NCBI RefSeq assembly: GCF_964213995.1
Contig: NW_027590138.1
Location: 806,001 to 870,000, forward strand
Source: Mustelus asterias
Lineage: Eukaryota
DNA length: 64,000 bases
Direction: 5' to 3'
The position numbers and the translations under genes are program-made. The notes beneath the pieces are model-generated. The model had not been told where the DNA came from, did no database searches, and saw only the letters and a list, made by a program, of their open reading frames with translations. Positions 61,586 to 64,000 of the stretch are shown in pieces; the stretch's first letter is position 1; the number at the start of each line of letters is the position of its first letter.

Positions 61586-62921
61586 GGTGCGGGTGTCCTT
61601 GTGACTCTCCAGGTTAAACAATCAGTTAAATCTCACACAGGTCACGGGTACAATCTCTCCCCGCTGTGAATGCTGCGATGTATTTTCAGGCTGTGTAACT
61701 GGTTAAAGCTCTTTCCACACTCACTGCACTGGAACGCTCTCACTCGGGTGTGTGTATCTCAATGCATTTCTAGTCACAGCGATGTTTACAATCTTTTGAA
61801 GCCAAGAGGCCAAACAAGCATTTCTCCTGCTAGATTCAAAGGCCGATGATATTCAGGTCCCAAGAAGTCAAGTCACTCTGTCAGATCTCGATGTGATGTT
61901 GGAGATTTCTGTCTGATTTCTCCTTGTCTAATATCCTGTAAGTCAATTTAGAAAAAAAACATTGCAATTCAGAATACGATCGAAATTCAAATCTACATTT
62001 CTAGTTTATGGAGCATTCTTTAAAGACACAGTCATGGAGCATTAAACTTGCCCAGCAGGGCCTCCCGTATCAGCACACAGGCAGCTGCTTTGTGAGACTG
62101 CAGCAGTACAGACAAGTCAGAGATAAGGGTGTCCTCAGAAGTGGGATTCATTGTGAAAGCTCAGGGACGGTTGATAAGATGGAGCAATTCTATGATTCTA
62201 ATGAACATTCTTTCCTCTCCCATTCCCCAAAAGCCGTGAATCTCCATCCCACACACTCTCCCTCCATTCTCACTCTGCTGTATCTAATATTCACCCTCCC
62301 AATTCTCCTGAAGGTGCTGATTGAGGCTGATTGACAGATCCATGCTCACTGCTTCCTGTCCAGCACAGAAATCAGAACAAATAGGAACTGCAGTCAGCAT
62401 TCGGCCCATCGAGTCTGCTCAACCATTCATTGAGATTATTGGTTGATCTACCTCTGCATTATTTTCCCCACACTGTCCCCCATATCCATCGATATCTTCA
62501 ATATCTAGAAACCTATCAACCCCTCTCTTGAAAATTTTTGATGACTGAGGCTCTATAGTCCTCTGGGGTAGAGAATCCAAAACATCACCACATCCTTGAG
62601 TGAAGAAATCCTTCCTCATCTGAGCTTTCTCTCCATTTTCCAGCCTGTTCCCAATAATTATTGACTCCCTTGTCATTCAAACACTGTCTAACTCATCCTT
62701 GAATATATTCAATCCCTCCACTGGTCCCTATGGAAGAGAAATCTAGACACTAACAATTCTCTGAGAGAAGAGATTGTTGGAAATATATAATATAGCTGCA
62801 GTCCAAAATTACACAGCCAGATATAATAAGTGTATTTTATTACAGAGCTATAAATAATATATCTAATCTGTACCATATAACAACAGGGGAGCGGATAGCC
62901 TTGTGGTATTAATCACCAGTC

Positions 62922-64000
62922 CCCTGGGCCTGATGAAATGTATCCTAGGATTCTGTGGGAGGCAAGGGATGAGATTGCAGAGCCTTTGGCGTTGATCTTT
63001 GGGTCCTCGCTGTCCACGGGGATGGTGCCAGAGGACTGGAGAATGGCGAATGTTGTTCCTCTGTTTAAGAAAGGGAATAGAAATGACCCTGGTAATTATA
63101 GACCGGTTAGTCTTACTTCGGTGGTTGGTAAATTGATGGAAAGGGTCCTTAGGGATGGGATTTACGACCATTTAGAAAGATGCGGATTAATCCGGGATAG
63201 TCAGCACGGATTCGTGAAGGGCAAGTCGTGCCTCACAAATTTGATAGAATTTTTTGAGGAGGTAACTAAGTGTGTTGATGAAGGTAGGGCAGTTGATGTC
63301 ATATACATGGATTTTAGTAAGGCGTTTGATAAGGTCCCCCATGGTCGGCTTATGATGAAAGTGAGGAGGTGTGGGATAGAGGGAAAGTTGGCCGATTGGA
63401 TAGGTAACTGGCTGTCTGACCGAAGACAGAGGGTGGTGGTCGATGGAAAATTTTCGGATTGGAGGCAGGTTGCTAGCGGTGTGCCGCAGGGATCAGTGCT
63501 TGGTCCTCTGCTCTTTGTGATTTTTATTAATGACTTAGAGGAGGGGGCTGAAGGGTGGATCAGTAAATTTGCTGATGACACCAAGATTGGTGGAGTAGTG
63601 GATGAGGTGGAGGGCTGTTGTAGGCTGCAAAGAGACATAGATAGGATGCAAAGCTGGGCTGAAAAATGGCAAATGGAGTTTAACCCTGTTAAATGTGAGG
63701 TGATTCATTTTGGTAGGACTAATTTAAATGTGGATTACAGGGTCAAAGGTAGGGTTCTGAAGACTGTGGAGGAACAGAGAGATCTTGGGGTCCATATCCA
63801 CAGATCTCTAAAGGTTGCCACTCAAGTGGATAGAGCTGTGAAGAAGGCCTATAGTGTGTTAGCTTTTATTAACAGGGGGTTGGAGTTTAAGAGCCGTGGG
63901 GTTATGCTGCAACTGTACAGGACCTTGGTGAGACCACATTTGGAATATTGTGTGCAGTTCTGGTCACCTCACTATAAGAAGGATGTGGAAGCGCTGGAAA
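62922..64000 (+). mobile_element. Mirror copy of the young CR1 LINE (cut by the window end)
   Basis: Reverse complement of 6921-8000. Confidence 0.95.

Larger units (their letters stand above)
50080..64000 (-). repeat. Right arm of the large inverted duplication (runs off the window end)
   Basis: Reverse-complement copy of about 6921-22150, including both ZNFs, the tRNA and the shared TEs. Confidence 0.97.

Overview
Eukaryotic, vertebrate DNA. The repeat content (HE1-like V-SINEs, HER1-like CR1 LINEs, Penelope) points to a shark or ray. The window is part of a tandem C2H2 zinc-finger (ZNF) gene cluster with nine ZNF ORFs of 6-12 fingers and two ZNF pseudogenes. Each ORF is one coding exon with no visible KRAB, SCAN or BTB domain. 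The genes sit among dense CR1, L2, Rex1, Crack-like, Penelope, SINE and LTR relics. Main architecture: (1) a large inverted duplication with a left arm at about 6921-22150 and a right arm from about 50080 to beyond 64000, separated by a spacer of about 28 kb, with patchy identity and arm-specific SINE events; (2) three copies of a bidirectional CpG promoter cassette, each flanked by inverted copies of the same leader exon and sitting between a head-to-head ZNF pair; (3) a conserved peptide-like frame of about 17 codons just past the ZNF stop codon, open via CGA in two paralogs, plus conserved in-frame stops in degenerate upstream fingers; (4) a pre-tRNA-Lys/SINE chimera inserted as one unit into an old LINE, with a CTT-type tRNA body carrying a TTT anticodon. 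Repeat boundaries and identity levels were read by eye and are approximate.
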